The translations under genes were made by a program, and so were the position numbers. From NCBI GenBank assembly GCA_964574145.1, contig CAZNKJ010000002.1:2075-66074 (forward strand): a stretch of 64,000 nucleotides of DNA. The letters run 5' to 3'. Under the pieces are notes generated by a model. That model saw nothing but the letters and a program-made list of their open reading frames with translations. It was not told where the DNA came from and did no database searches. The DNA comes from an uncultured Candidatus Saccharibacteria bacterium. Its GTDB lineage: Bacteria > Patescibacteriota > Minisyncoccia > Phycocordibacterales > CAZNKJ01. Shown piece after piece: positions 37,206 through 47,603 of the stretch (position 1 is the stretch's first letter; each line of letters begins with the position of its first letter).

Positions 37206-38270
37206 TTATATACCTTCATCACGAATATCTTCAATCAATTTCTTCACTTTCTTAGATAATTTTTTTGGAAGCGTAATTTCTATTGTGATTAAAAGATCGC
37301 CTCTTTTGTTTTGTCCAAGAGACACGCCTTTTCCTTTTACGCGTAATATTTCACCATGAGAAATGCACGCAGGTGTTTTTACAAGAATAGTCTCACCTAA
37401 TACCTCTATGCTTTGTTCGCTACCTAACAGAGCGTCTGAAAGTTTAAGTGATAATGTCATACGCAAGTTGGCTCCTTCTTTTGTAAATACAGAATCTTTT
37501 TGCACATGAAGTTTTACGTATAAATCACCAGGGACTCCTCCAGGCACAGCTTCTCCAGCTCCAGTCAAACGTATCATTTCTCCATTATTTACTCCTGCGG
37601 GGACAGTTATTGAAATTTCTTGTTCCTTACGTGCAACTCCAGCCCCTTTACAATCATTACATTTAACTTCGGGTACCTTCCCGGATCCGTGACATATTTC
37701 ACATGCTCTAACGCTGGTGAAAGCTCCAAGTATTGAGTTTTTAGTTTCGTGTATTTTACCACGGCCATTGCATGTTGAGCATGATTTTAATTTAGTGTCA
37801 GGTTTTGCACCACTTCCTGAACATGTTTTACAAGTGGATGATTTTGTTAAAAGTACTGAACGAGAGGTTCCAAGTACAGATTCTTTAAAAGAAACCTCAA
37901 TGTCTATTGAAATATCTCTTCCCCGGCGAATAGAATTTCCGCCCTGGCCTCGAAAAAAATCACTAAACTCGCTGAAAATATCGCTGAAATCCCAATCTGG
38001 TACTGATCCGCCCTGAGAAGAAAATCCTCCAAATCCTGAAGGACCTCCTGTTTGGCCGTCACTAAACACCCGACCATAAGCATCGTATTCGGCACGTTTC
38101 TTTTCATCACCTAATACGCTATAAGCTTCACTGGCTTCTTTGAATTTTTCAACATTTCCTCCAGGCTTATCTGGATGATATGAGTGTGCTAATTTTCTGA
38201 ATGCTTTTTTAACATCTTCTTTGCTAGCACTTTTAGTTATACCAAGTATTTTGTAGTAATCTTTTTCCAT
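37206..38270 (-). CDS. dnaJ: Chaperone DnaJ
   Basis: J domain with HPD, four CxxCxGxG repeats. Confidence 0.98.
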   Translation of the reverse strand: MEKDYYKILGITKSASKEDVKKAFRKLAHSYHPDKPGGNVEKFKEASEAYSVLGDEKKRAEYDAYGRVFSDGQTGGPSGFGGFSSQGGSVPDWDFSDIFSEFSDFFRGQGGNSIRRGRDISIDIEVSFKESVLGTSRSVLLTKSSTCKTCSGSGAKPDTKLKSCSTCNGRGKIHETKNSILGAFTSVRACEICHGSGKVPEVKCNDCKGAGVARKEQEISITVPAGVNNGEMIRLTGAGEAVPGGVPGDLYVKLHVQKDSVFTKEGANLRMTLSLKLSDALLGSEQSIEVLGETILVKTPACISHGEILRVKGKGVSLGQNKRGDLLITIEITLPKKLSKKVKKLIEDIRDEGI

Positions 38271-40180
38271 TAAGCGTTTGGTTTGTCATTGTCTTCTTTT
38301 TTCTCATCCTCAGCTTCCACATCATGTATTTTTTCTTCAGTTTTCTGAGAAGAGTCATCCGCTTGCTTTTGTTCAGGTGTATTTTTTGCAACTTCTTCAC
38401 CTATTTTTTGCATAGTGACAGAGAGCTGCTCAGTTTTTTCTTTAAGTACTGATAAATCATCTTTATCTTTAACTTCTTTAACTTCTTTAACTTTTTCTTC
38501 TACTTCTTTTTTGACTTCGTCTGAAATTTTGTCTGAATTGTCTTTAACAGCTTTTTCAGCTGTGTAAATAGCTTGATCAGAGAGGTTGCGAGCTTCTGCA
38601 AGTTCGCGTCGTTTTTGGTCTTCGTCGCTGTGTGCTTCGGCATCTTTTTGCATCTTTTCGATGTCCTCTTCTTTTAATTCGGAAGATGCTTCTATGCGGA
38701 TGGATTGAGTTTTGTTTGTCACTTTATCTTTTGCTGTTACGTTTAAGATTCCGTCTGCATCAACATCAAAACTAACTTCAACTTGAGGAACTCCTCGTGG
38801 TGCAGGAGGGATACCGTCTAAGATAAAACGTCCGAGACTTTTATTATCAGTCGCCATTGCCCTTTCTCCTTGTAGTACATGGACTTCAACAGAGGTTTGG
38901 CTATCTGCTGCAGTAGAAAATACTTGGGTTTTTGACGTGGGTAAAGTGGTATTTCTCTCTATAAGTTTAGTATTCACTCCGCCCATAGTTTCAATTCCTA
39001 GAGAAAGAGGTATAACATCGAGAAGAAGAACATCTTTCACGTCTCCTTGAAGGATCCCGGCTTGAATGGCTGCGCCCATAGCTACCACTTCGTCTGGGTT
39101 AATAGAACGATTGGCTTCTTTTCCAAAAAAGTCTTTCACTGCTTTTTGAATAGCTGGCATTCGAGTTTGTCCTCCAACAAGTACAATTTCATCAATATCT
39201 TCTTTTTTGAAACCAGAAGCTTCTAAAGCGCGTTTTGTTATACTCATAGACTTCTCTACAAATTCACTAGCTAATTCCTCTAATTTAGCGCGATTAAGTT
39301 TCAGTAATAGATGTCGAGGCCCTGTTGAGTCAGAGGTAATAAACGGTATATTTATTTCTGTTTCTGTTGTAGTAGAAAGTTCTAGCTTAGCTTTCTCCGC
39401 TGCTTCATCTAAACGTTGGAGTGCTAGTGGGTCTTTAGAAACGTCTATTCCGCTTTCTTTTTTAAATTCGTCAGCGATCCAATGAATAATTTTTTGATCA
39501 ATGTCTCTGCCTCCCATATGAGAATCTCCATCTGTAGATTTTACTTCAATTACGTTATCTCCGACTTCAAGGATAGAAACATCAAAGGTCCCTCCACCAA
39601 AGTCATAGACGGCGATTTGTTCATTTTTCTTTTTATCAAAACCATACGCAAGAGCAGCTGCGGTTGGTTCATTTATAATTCTTTTTACTTCCAGTCCTGC
39701 TATTTTCCCTGCATCTTTGGTCGCTTTTCGTTGAGCATCATTAAAATATGCAGGAACGGTAATAATTACTTCGGAAATAGTTTCTCCTAATTTAGCCTCA
39801 GCATCTTTTTTAAGTTTCTGTAAGATCATCGCGGAAATTTCTTCAGGACGATAATCCTTATCTCCCATAGTAACCACCACTCCCCCACTTTTACTAGAGT
39901 TTATTTTAAATGGAACTATTTTCTTATCATCTTTGATAATATCTTCTTCATAAGAATGTCCAACGAAACGTTTTATACCAGAAATTGTATTTTCTGGGTT
40001 GGTAACTGCTTGACGTTTTGCGAGAAGCCCGACTAAACGCTCTCCTGTCTTGGACATTGCAACAACGGAAGGAGTTGTGCGAGCCCCTTCATCATTTTCA
40101 ATGATAGTAGGGTCAGAACCTGTCATTACCGCCATTGCAGAGTTAGTTGTTCCTAAATCTATTCCTAGTATTTTTCCCAT
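38270..40180 (-). CDS. dnaK: Chaperone DnaK
   Basis: [37 protein letters not shown]. Confidence 0.99.
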   Translation of the reverse strand: MGKILGIDLGTTNSAMAVMTGSDPTIIENDEGARTTPSVVAMSKTGERLVGLLAKRQAVTNPENTISGIKRFVGHSYEEDIIKDDKKIVPFKINSSKSGGVVVTMGDKDYRPEEISAMILQKLKKDAEAKLGETISEVIITVPAYFNDAQRKATKDAGKIAGLEVKRIINEPTAAALAYGFDKKKNEQIAVYDFGGGTFDVSILEVGDNVIEVKSTDGDSHMGGRDIDQKIIHWIADEFKKESGIDVSKDPLALQRLDEAAEKAKLELSTTTETEINIPFITSDSTGPRHLLLKLNRAKLEELASEFVEKSMSITKRALEASGFKKEDIDEIVLVGGQTRMPAIQKAVKDFFGKEANRSINPDEVVAMGAAIQAGILQGDVKDVLLLDVIPLSLGIETMGGVNTKLIERNTTLPTSKTQVFSTAADSQTSVEVHVLQGERAMATDNKSLGRFILDGIPPAPRGVPQVEVSFDVDADGILNVTAKDKVTNKTQSIRIEASSELKEEDIEKMQKDAEAHSDEDQKRRELAEARNLSDQAIYTAEKAVKDNSDKISDEVKKEVEEKVKEVKEVKDKDDLSVLKEKTEQLSVTMQKIGEEVAKNTPEQKQADDSSQKTEEKIHDVEAEDEKKEDNDKPNA

Positions 40181-40226
40181 AATATTTTGTTTACTAAATT
40201 ATATTCTTCTAAAATAAAATAAGCAC

Positions 40227-40838
40227 TTATTTAATTTCTTGTTTACTATAGACCATCACTTTTACCTTTGCTGGTCGTATAATACTATTGTTTGTGCGGT
40301 ATCCTTTTTGTAGCACGCTTACTATCTTTCCGTCATTTTTTTTCTCTTGAGTTTCTGTGGTTTCTAAAGATTCGTGTTCACTTGGGTTAAACAACTCCCC
40401 TTCTTTGGGTTGAAATGTTGTGAACCCATTTTGGGTAAGCACAGAAAGTAAGTGTGAGTGTATATATTCTATTCCAGTACGCCATGTTTTGTCCACTTTT
40501 TTCCAAGCTTCTTTATTAGCAAATGCCATATCAAAACTATCTAAAGTTGGAATAAGGTCTATTAAGAAACTTTCTTTAGAAGCGGAAGAGATACGAGAGC
40601 TTTTTTTTTCAAAATCTTTACGTTCGTTTATTAAATCAGCTCTAGATCGTTGCCACCCTAAGAGATACTCCTGGCGCTCTTTTTTGCATTCCTGTAATTC
40701 TTTTTGAATTTTTTTGATTTTACTGGAGATTTCGTTAGAATTTGCATCAATTTCTTCATCTCCCATTGTGTAATCAATATCTGTATCTGCACAAATATTT
40801 TGTTCGTTTTTAGAAATTTTCTTGCTCTTATTTTTCAT
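40227..40838 (-). CDS. grpE: Nucleotide exchange factor GrpE
   Basis: QRSRADLIN.RK, FNPSEHE, VLQKGY, IRPAKV. Confidence 0.95.
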   Translation of the reverse strand: MKNKSKKISKNEQNICADTDIDYTMGDEEIDANSNEISSKIKKIQKELQECKKERQEYLLGWQRSRADLINERKDFEKKSSRISSASKESFLIDLIPTLDSFDMAFANKEAWKKVDKTWRTGIEYIHSHLLSVLTQNGFTTFQPKEGELFNPSEHESLETTETQEKKNDGKIVSVLQKGYRTNNSIIRPAKVKVMVYSKQEIK

Positions 40839-40906
40839 AGTAAACAGGTATTACAAAACGGTTAAGACAAGAACGCGCTGCGATTTCAGTTACGTGGAAA
40901 AAACGG

Positions 40907-41317
40907 CTAACGTTTTGACCATTGTGGTGCACGCCGAGCCTTACGTAATCCAAATTTCTTACGTTCTTTTTTTCTTGCATCGCGCGTTAGATATCCTTCT
41001 TTTTTTAATATCAACCTCAGGTCTTCTTTATACTTAATTAAGGCACGAGCTATTCCGTGTCGGATAGCATCCGCTTGTGCAGCTACTCCTCCTCCTCGAG
41101 TGTGTACCTTAACGCTAAAAAGTGTTGATAATCCAGCAGTGGAGAATACATCAGTGACAGACTTTCTTAATTCGTCTGTTGGAAAATATTTTTGAAAATC
41201 TCGTTCATTAACTTCTATTTTTTGGGCAGAACTTTCAGTTATACGAACTCGAGCGGTAGCTCTCTTTCTTCGCCCGACGGCCTCATGGTATTTAGTTGTT
41301 TTTTGTGTAGTAGTCAT
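40907..41317 (-). CDS. rpsI: 30S ribosomal protein S9
   Basis: GRRKRATARV...ERKKFGLRKARRAPQWSKR. Confidence 0.98.
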   Translation of the reverse strand: MTTTQKTTKYHEAVGRRKRATARVRITESSAQKIEVNERDFQKYFPTDELRKSVTDVFSTAGLSTLFSVKVHTRGGGVAAQADAIRHGIARALIKYKEDLRLILKKEGYLTRDARKKERKKFGLRKARRAPQWSKR

Positions 41318-41319
41318 AA

Positions 41320-41676
41320 TTATTCATGTATAGAAAGAAGCTTCATTCTTTGGCTTCGTAATTTATTTGAAGGAAGCATTCCATATATCGCTCTTGAAAG
41401 AACTTCAGATACCCCTTTGTCTTTTATTACTTTTTCTAGCAATTCTTTTTTTAATCCACCTGGGTATCCAGAATATCTCGTGTATTCTTTTTGCTTTATT
41501 TTTTTTGGATCAATAAGCATTAGCCCAGCGTTAGTAACAGAAACCCCCAAAGAAGTAACCTTATTTCGGACAAAAGAAGGATCATCTTTCCCCATTAAAA
41601 CATGAGCTGCTTCGGAAGCCACTCTTCCTAATCGTTTTCCTTTTGCGTCTATGGTTTGTATATTTTTAATTTCCAT
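41320..41676 (-). CDS. rplM: 50S ribosomal protein L13 (short form)
   Basis: IDAKGKRLGRVAS, YSGYPGGLK, AIYGMLP. Confidence 0.95.
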   Translation of the reverse strand: MEIKNIQTIDAKGKRLGRVASEAAHVLMGKDDPSFVRNKVTSLGVSVTNAGLMLIDPKKIKQKEYTRYSGYPGGLKKELLEKVIKDKGVSEVLSRAIYGMLPSNKLRSQRMKLLSIHE

Positions 41677-41681
41677 AAGTT

Positions 41682-42035
41682 TTAAACAAATTCTATTTGA
41701 GCTGTTGAACGAGCATCATCTGAGTAAGATGTAAGTTTTGTAATACGAGTGTATCCTCCAGATCTATTTTTGTATTTAGGTGCCAGTGTTGTAAACACTT
41801 TAGTTATGATTTGTGGTTTACCATTAAATTCTCTTTCCAAAATACGCCTATTTGAAAGAGTGTCATTTTTACCACGAGTGATCATTTTTTCAATGTATGG
41901 ACGAAGCTCCTTTGCTTTAGCTTCTGTTGTTTGGATTTTTTCATGAAGGATTAATGCATAGGCAAGAGAACGCATCAATGCTTTGCGTTGGCTTCGTGGA
42001 CGTCCTAATTTTCTATTTGAGTTATGATGCCGCAT
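41682..42035 (-). CDS. rplQ: 50S ribosomal protein L17
   Basis: MRHH..RKLGR, IQTTEAKAKE, RSGGYTRI. Confidence 0.97.
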   Translation of the reverse strand: MRHHNSNRKLGRPRSQRKALMRSLAYALILHEKIQTTEAKAKELRPYIEKMITRGKNDTLSNRRILEREFNGKPQIITKVFTTLAPKYKNRSGGYTRITKLTSYSDDARSTAQIEFV

Positions 42036-42042
42036 ACGTTTG

Positions 42043-43011
42043 CTATTTTAGAGTTATTCCGTAGTTTGAAAGAGCTCGCTTTATCTCTTGCAGTCCTTTT
42101 TGCCCAAGTCCCTCTATGTCTAGTATATCTTCTTCCTTTTTACGTGCCAGTCCTCCGACAGTACGTATATTAGCTGTATCAAGAGCGTTGACAGTTCTAG
42201 GTGAAAGGTCTAGAGACTCTACTCGAGTTTTCAAAAACTCTGTATCCACCTCCGTTTTCTTTTCAGTATCTTCAGTATCTTCTTTTATTATATCTTCCTC
42301 AATTGTCTCGGGTTCTTCTTCCTTAAAACCAACAATAGCTTTCAATTGCATAACCATTATTTCGATAGATTTTTCTAAAGCTTCTTTTGGCAGAAGGGTA
42401 CCATCAGTTTCAATAAATAAACGCAGTCGATTAAAATCAGTACGATCACCTACACGCATATTTTCAACTTCATAATTTACCCTTCTTATAGGGGTAAAAA
42501 TAGCATCTAATGTAATGATTCCAATATTTACCTTATCTTTTTCTAACACGTCTCGTGAGACATAACCAAGCCCTCTTTCCACCATTATTTCTATTGAAAG
42601 TTCCGCATTTTTTTCTGTTAAAGTAGCTATTAACTGTTCAGGGTTTAATATTTCTACTTGTCCAGAAGCGGTAATGTCACCAGCTGTAACATTTTTTTCT
42701 CCTTTTATAGAGAGAGTAAGAGTTTGTGGCTCTTCTGACAGTAGTCTAATACGTACCTTTTTTAGATTAAGAAGTATAGTCACCACATCCTCTTTGATAC
42801 CCTTGATTGTAGAAAATTCATGCGAAACCCCCTCAATTTTTACAGAGGTAATGGCTGCTCCAGGAAGAGAAGAGAGGATGATTCGACGAAGTGAATTTCC
42901 TAGAGTGTGTCCATATCCAGGATATAGCCCATCTATTTCATAAATTCCTGTGAATTCTTCTTCTCGTATAATACGAGGCTTAGATGGCAATGTAATATTA
43001 TTTTCTATCAT
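42043..43011 (-). CDS. rpoA: RNA polymerase alpha subunit
   Basis: GYGHTLGNSLRRIILSS, HEFSTI.G.KEDV, LDAIFTPI, alpha-CTD. Confidence 0.98.
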   Translation of the reverse strand: MIENNITLPSKPRIIREEEFTGIYEIDGLYPGYGHTLGNSLRRIILSSLPGAAITSVKIEGVSHEFSTIKGIKEDVVTILLNLKKVRIRLLSEEPQTLTLSIKGEKNVTAGDITASGQVEILNPEQLIATLTEKNAELSIEIMVERGLGYVSRDVLEKDKVNIGIITLDAIFTPIRRVNYEVENMRVGDRTDFNRLRLFIETDGTLLPKEALEKSIEIMVMQLKAIVGFKEEEPETIEEDIIKEDTEDTEKKTEVDTEFLKTRVESLDLSPRTVNALDTANIRTVGGLARKKEEDILDIEGLGQKGLQEIKRALSNYGITLK

Positions 43012-43049
43012 AATTCTTCTTTAAAATGATTAGTAGCGAGTTATTAAAA

Positions 43050-43664
43050 TTAACGACTATAGTATTCAAGCACTGTACCCAAATCAAACGGCATTAGAGT
43101 TATGTCAATGTCCGGAGTTCCTGTTATTGTACCTTCCATTTTTTTTGAATCAAAATTTATCCACTTAGGCGACTGATGTTCTTTCAGTTTTTCGTCTAAA
43201 TTTTCAAATAATATCTTTGAACGACTTCCTTCTCGAACAGCTATTACATCTCCTTCAGAGAGACTGTATGAAGGTATAGTCACCTTTTTCCCATTTACTG
43301 TAATGTGTCCATGAGAAGCTATCTGTCGTGCCAGGGATCGTGTAGAAGCGAGACCTGAGCGATAAATAGTGTTATCTAATCTAGCTTCTAACTTCTTAAT
43401 AAGGACTCTGTCAGGCCTTTGTTCTTTTTGAGAAGTTGATTCTTTTACATACCTGGCAAGTTGTTTTTCAGCCAGTCCATAAGTAAAACGAACTTTTTGT
43501 TTTTCTAAAAGTTGTCGTCCATAGTCAGATAAAGCTCGTGGACGTGAACGACCTCGGACACGTCCACGACGCTCTTCTGCAAGTAAAAATTTTTGTGTTT
43601 GGCATTTTTCAAATACACCACTGCCTAATCTTTTACATATTTTATATTTTGGACCTGTTTTCAT
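43050..43664 (-). CDS. rpsD: 30S ribosomal protein S4
   Basis: SDYGRQLLEKQK, LEARLDN, ARQIASHGH, EYYSR. Confidence 0.98.
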   Translation of the reverse strand: MKTGPKYKICKRLGSGVFEKCQTQKFLLAEERRGRVRGRSRPRALSDYGRQLLEKQKVRFTYGLAEKQLARYVKESTSQKEQRPDRVLIKKLEARLDNTIYRSGLASTRSLARQIASHGHITVNGKKVTIPSYSLSEGDVIAVREGSRSKILFENLDEKLKEHQSPKWINFDSKKMEGTITGTPDIDITLMPFDLGTVLEYYSR

Positions 43665-43676
43665 AAGATAATATTT

Positions 43677-44111
43677 CTATACTCTACGAGGTTTAGGTGG
43701 TTTTGGACCATTGTGCGGTACTGGAGTAGCATCTTTTATACTCATAACCTCAATTCCTTTTCCAGAAAAAGCCCGCAAAGAAGACTCCCTACCACTTCCG
43801 ACACCATTAATGACTACTTTTACATCTTTTACACCCATACGCAAAGCTTTTTCAGCTACGATCTCCCCCACTTTAGCTGCTGCAAAAGGTGTCCCTTTTT
43901 TAGCCCCCTTAAAACCCAAAGACCCGCTAGTAGACCAAACAACAACTCCCCCCTTAAGGTCAGTTAAACTTACGCGAGTATTATTATAAGTTGCCTCTAT
44001 ATGGAGAATTCCTCTCTCTAGCTTTTTTTTAGGAGTTCTGGCAAGAGAGCGGGATTTTAGTCCCGAATCAGCTTCTCCTCCAGATTTTCGTATAATTCTT
44101 TTTTTACCCAT
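43677..44111 (-). CDS. rpsK: 30S ribosomal protein S11
   Basis: ATYNNT, GFKGAKKGTPFAA, DATPVPHNG. Confidence 0.98.
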   Translation of the reverse strand: MGKKRIIRKSGGEADSGLKSRSLARTPKKKLERGILHIEATYNNTRVSLTDLKGGVVVWSTSGSLGFKGAKKGTPFAAAKVGEIVAEKALRMGVKDVKVVINGVGSGRESSLRAFSGKGIEVMSIKDATPVPHNGPKPPKPRRV

Positions 44112-44113
44112 AT

Positions 44114-44491
44114 TTATTTTTTCTCAACCTTACGTCTGCCGGACCCCATAGTTTTCTTAGCCCCCTTGAGAGTACGAGAATTTGTTTTAGTTCTTTGTCC
44201 GCGAGCAGGTAATCTTTTGGCATGTCTTGAGCCACGATAGCTTTTAATATCCTTTAGGCGTTTTATATTTGTTGAAATTTCGCGGCGAAGATTTCCCTCT
44301 ATTTTCTCTGATTCCACAAGTTGTCGAAGTTTCCCCTCTTCTTCAGTTGTAAGTTCCTTTGCTTTCTTTCCCATATCTACAGATGCCTGAACTAAAATAG
44401 CCTGAGCTTTTACACGTCCAATACCATAGACGGCTGTTAGTCCGATCTCTAGTCTTTTTTCATCTGGAATGGTGATTCCTGCAATACGCAT
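44114..44491 (-). CDS. rpsM: 30S ribosomal protein S13
   Basis: MRIAG, YGIGR, YRGSRH..LPARGQRTKTNSRT. Confidence 0.98.
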   Translation of the reverse strand: MRIAGITIPDEKRLEIGLTAVYGIGRVKAQAILVQASVDMGKKAKELTTEEEGKLRQLVESEKIEGNLRREISTNIKRLKDIKSYRGSRHAKRLPARGQRTKTNSRTLKGAKKTMGSGRRKVEKK

Positions 44492-44509
44492 AATTAAAAT
44501 TGAATGATA

Positions 44510-44623
44510 TTAACCTTGTCTTTGTTTGTGCCGAGGATTTGAACATATAACATAAACGTACCCTCTTCGTCGTACTGTTTTACATTTCGCACACATTTTT
44601 TTTACTGAAGATCTTACTTTCAT
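44510..44623 (-). CDS. rpmJ: 50S ribosomal protein L36 (not in the ORF track)
   Basis: Translated by hand: [37 protein letters not shown]. Confidence 0.96.
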   Translation of the reverse strand: MKVRSSVKKMCAKCKTVRRRGYVYVICSNPRHKQRQG

Positions 44624-44689
44624 GACACATCTAATTGACTATAAGAAAAAGCCACTGGATACAGCGCTTTTGAGCTGTAGAAACGAATA

Positions 44690-44908
44690 CTACAGACGTT
44701 TAGTAATTCTTGCTTTCCCTCCGTAGGGATCAAGGACTAATCTAACCTTGTCTCCTACCAGAACCTTTATTCTATACATTCTCATCTTTCCTGCAAGGTA
44801 CGAAAGTATGACCTCTCCAGATTCAAGTTTTACTCGAAATAACGTGTTTGGCAAAGACTCTTCTACCACACCTCCCACATCTTCTATATCTTGTTTTTTA
44901 TTTCCCAT
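44690..44908 (-). CDS. infA: Translation initiation factor IF-1
   Basis: GVVEESLPNTLFRVKL, YLAGKMR..RIKVLVGDKV; start at ATG 44908. Confidence 0.96.
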   Translation of the reverse strand: MGNKKQDIEDVGGVVEESLPNTLFRVKLESGEVILSYLAGKMRMYRIKVLVGDKVRLVLDPYGGKARITKRL

Positions 44909-44968
44909 TACAAATCGGAGTTCATTTGGAATACTACAAAACATTAAGTTGAAAGTCAACCTGATACT

Positions 44969-46261
44969 CTATTTTTTTAGCTGTATTTCAACTAAAATCT
45001 TCTCTGGGTCGTTTCCAAATGATTGTCTCCAGAATGGATTTATGGAGGCATGAGCTTTGTAGATAGCTGGATAGCCTTTTAATATAGTATTGACTGCTGA
45101 TTTAGGACGATTCCTCAAGTCTTCTTTCAGTCTACTTTCATCAAAAGTCCATACTATGCTGGCCGTACCCTTAAGTGAAAAGGTAAAAGAATCTTCTTCC
45201 CATGGTTGAGAGATTTCTCCTGTGGGTTTTTTTAGAGTTAAATCTTTTGTAGATAAGATATACACTGGGAGACCTTCATAATCTGATATAGTTTCTTGAG
45301 CAATATATTGTGCAAAATCTTTTCTTTTAAAAATAACAGCGTACACTATTCCACTACTTTCTATGCGCGCCTTGTTGTCACCGTCATCAAAAATTTGCGG
45401 CTCCGAAAAATTAAAGAAAGTTCCACCTTCAAAAAAATAAAAATCTGATGGAATGTCTGTATAGACCTGATTAAGCATTTCCTCACGTAACTTTTTTTCT
45501 AAAGATTGTTTTGTTTTAGAAAACAAACCATCTTCAACCTTGAGTCTCTCACCAGCAAAACCTCCAGTCATAGGAGTCTTTGATCGAGCGTAAAATTTAC
45601 TATATTGAGGAGAACCTTTAAAACCAGGAATAGTAAAATCTTTAAGAGGAATATTATATTTTTCTCCTGGCTCATCTCCGTAAACGGTCACTTCCACACT
45701 ACCTGGGGTTATGCTACCATCTGAATTTTTTTTCTGTCCTGGAATAGATACCGACTCATTAATTCTGTAAATTAGCCCTTCCGGAGTTTCAAAACGAGTA
45801 TTAGTCACTAGTCGCTGTTTTTTAGAACTGAAATTATTGAAGATTAAAATTTTTCCAGAAGATTTTTTCTCAATTTGCTCTTTGTCAGTAGCAGAAACAA
45901 CTTTAGATACGGTTTTCTCAATTTGCATTATTTCATAAGAAAGTTCTCCTATCTCAGGCTCTCGTAAGGCCGTAAATTGACCATCCACAGTAACTTCCTT
46001 TTGTTTTGGGTTCACTATGATTTTAGAGTAAGAAAAAATAAGAGAAAGAATTATTACAGCAACAACTAGCAACACTACTGAGATGATCCACGTACCATAT
46101 TTTGAAAAGAAATTAGTTTTACTGCGATCGGGTGGAATTGGAGGAGTGTTATTGTACTCATAAGACTGCCCTACTTTGGACTTTGGGACATTAGAGCGAC
46201 TTATATTGCGAATACTTCTGCGTTTAGGGGGTACTATATCGTTGAATGAATTCTGTGACAT
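44969..46261 (-). CDS. Membrane-anchored CPR-type protein (often annotated baseplate-J-like)
   Basis: DIVPP N-terminus, single TM, GKILIFN, LV.NTRF, IPG, V..DEPGEKYNI, FTIPGF, GG; adjacent to the FtsA-like gene. Confidence 0.65.
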   Translation of the reverse strand: MSQNSFNDIVPPKRRSIRNISRSNVPKSKVGQSYEYNNTPPIPPDRSKTNFFSKYGTWIISVVLLVVAVIILSLIFSYSKIIVNPKQKEVTVDGQFTALREPEIGELSYEIMQIEKTVSKVVSATDKEQIEKKSSGKILIFNNFSSKKQRLVTNTRFETPEGLIYRINESVSIPGQKKNSDGSITPGSVEVTVYGDEPGEKYNIPLKDFTIPGFKGSPQYSKFYARSKTPMTGGFAGERLKVEDGLFSKTKQSLEKKLREEMLNQVYTDIPSDFYFFEGGTFFNFSEPQIFDDGDNKARIESSGIVYAVIFKRKDFAQYIAQETISDYEGLPVYILSTKDLTLKKPTGEISQPWEEDSFTFSLKGTASIVWTFDESRLKEDLRNRPKSAVNTILKGYPAIYKAHASINPFWRQSFGNDPEKILVEIQLKK

Positions 46262-46332
46262 GCGATTTTTAAAATCTATGACCTAAGTACTTTCTAGTGT
46301 AGCACAAGAAATATCTACAACAAGTAGAGAGA

Positions 46333-47538
46333 TTACGAGGATTTATTAATAAGTGATAGATGAATTATTTGAAGTAAAAGAGAAGAATCGGGAGCTATTT
46401 TTTGATCAAAAGAGAAAAAATTTCCCATCATCCCAGCAGTTAGTACCGTAATGGTATGATAATCCTGTTTATCTTCATTGTCATTATTAAGATATGACTC
46501 TAATAATGATTTAAACCAATAAGAGGTGTCAGACGGTGCCGTAATATAGATATGTTTAGGAAGAGGTGCTGTGGAAATAAATTTTCCGAGGGTTTGGTTT
46601 AACTCAACACTCCATTCCTTACTTACTTTTTGGATCAATTTGTATTCTTCAGAAGTTTTGTTGAGGTGGGATTCTTTTTCTGTCATCATACGTATTAAAG
46701 AAAGAGCTTCCGCTGGAGTACTGTTGCGTTTTTCGGATATTATTCGAGCCAGGGTTAATACTCCTATAGGAAAGGGTATCGTCTCTTGTATGACATCTTT
46801 TAACACAAGAGTTAAGTTACTAACTTCCCCACTTATATTTATAAGTAAAAACTTGTCAGATTTTGAGTAACAATCCCTAACTACTGTATAAGTAGAGAGA
46901 GAACGTGAATAAAATGTTACGTTTATATTTCTAAAATGGTTGTCTAGAACGTCACAGATATTTTTTTTAACCAAGGCAGACATAAAAGCCATATGAAGAG
47001 ATAAACTAATGTGTTTTGCTTTTTTCCCATAGGGATTGGCAGTTCTGTAACCATTTAAATCAACACTAAGTAGTTTTTTATCAATTAGAGAAGGTTCTTT
47101 GATATGTTTGTTTTGCCACAACTTACCTTTTTCTTTCTTCGCATGATCTTCTGTACGTTCTAGCATCTTTTCAATAAAATGCGGAGAAATCACAAAAGAT
47201 TCTTTTCTTTGAAATGAAAGAAGATGTGTTTTTGAGACATACCAGATAGAAGAAAGTCCACAAGAAACGGTCTTTATATGAAAATTAACAGAAGAATTTG
47301 CTATAAATCTATTTACTTCTTCACTTATCTCTATCAAACCTCTAAGCATTTCTTTTATGAAACGATCATATCTTAGGTGGGATTGAAAGATGAGCTGAAC
47401 TCTGGTAGAAAAATATATATGTATTTTCCCATCTTTCTTAAAGCCAGAAATTGAACATCCTATTGATGAGCTCCCTATATCAAAAACAATATCAACTTTT
47501 TTACCAGATCTTTTGTGCCACGACGATATCCATCTCAT
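46333..47538 (-). CDS. Divergent FtsA/actin-fold protein
   Basis: VFDIGSSSIG phosphate-1 motif, degenerate phosphate-2 INISGEVS, LNGY..NP.GK, PFPIG..EA. Confidence 0.65.
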   Translation of the reverse strand: MRWISSWHKRSGKKVDIVFDIGSSSIGCSISGFKKDGKIHIYFSTRVQLIFQSHLRYDRFIKEMLRGLIEISEEVNRFIANSSVNFHIKTVSCGLSSIWYVSKTHLLSFQRKESFVISPHFIEKMLERTEDHAKKEKGKLWQNKHIKEPSLIDKKLLSVDLNGYRTANPYGKKAKHISLSLHMAFMSALVKKNICDVLDNHFRNINVTFYSRSLSTYTVVRDCYSKSDKFLLINISGEVSNLTLVLKDVIQETIPFPIGVLTLARIISEKRNSTPAEALSLIRMMTEKESHLNKTSEEYKLIQKVSKEWSVELNQTLGKFISTAPLPKHIYITAPSDTSYWFKSLLESYLNNDNEDKQDYHTITVLTAGMMGNFFSFDQKIAPDSSLLLQIIHLSLINKSS

Positions 47539-47603
47539 GTACTTAGTATAGATTTATATGCGTCAAATAGGAATAGGATACGGTCATAAACTGTTGAATT
47601 CTT

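Noticed and set aside
40181-40906. CIRCE element / hrcA control of grpE-dnaK-dnaJ
   Set aside because: No TTAGCACTC-N9-GAGTGCTAA motif and no hrcA in the window
44969-46261. Prophage or contractile injection system baseplate
   Set aside because: No other phage or tail genes; it has a TM anchor and sits among housekeeping genes
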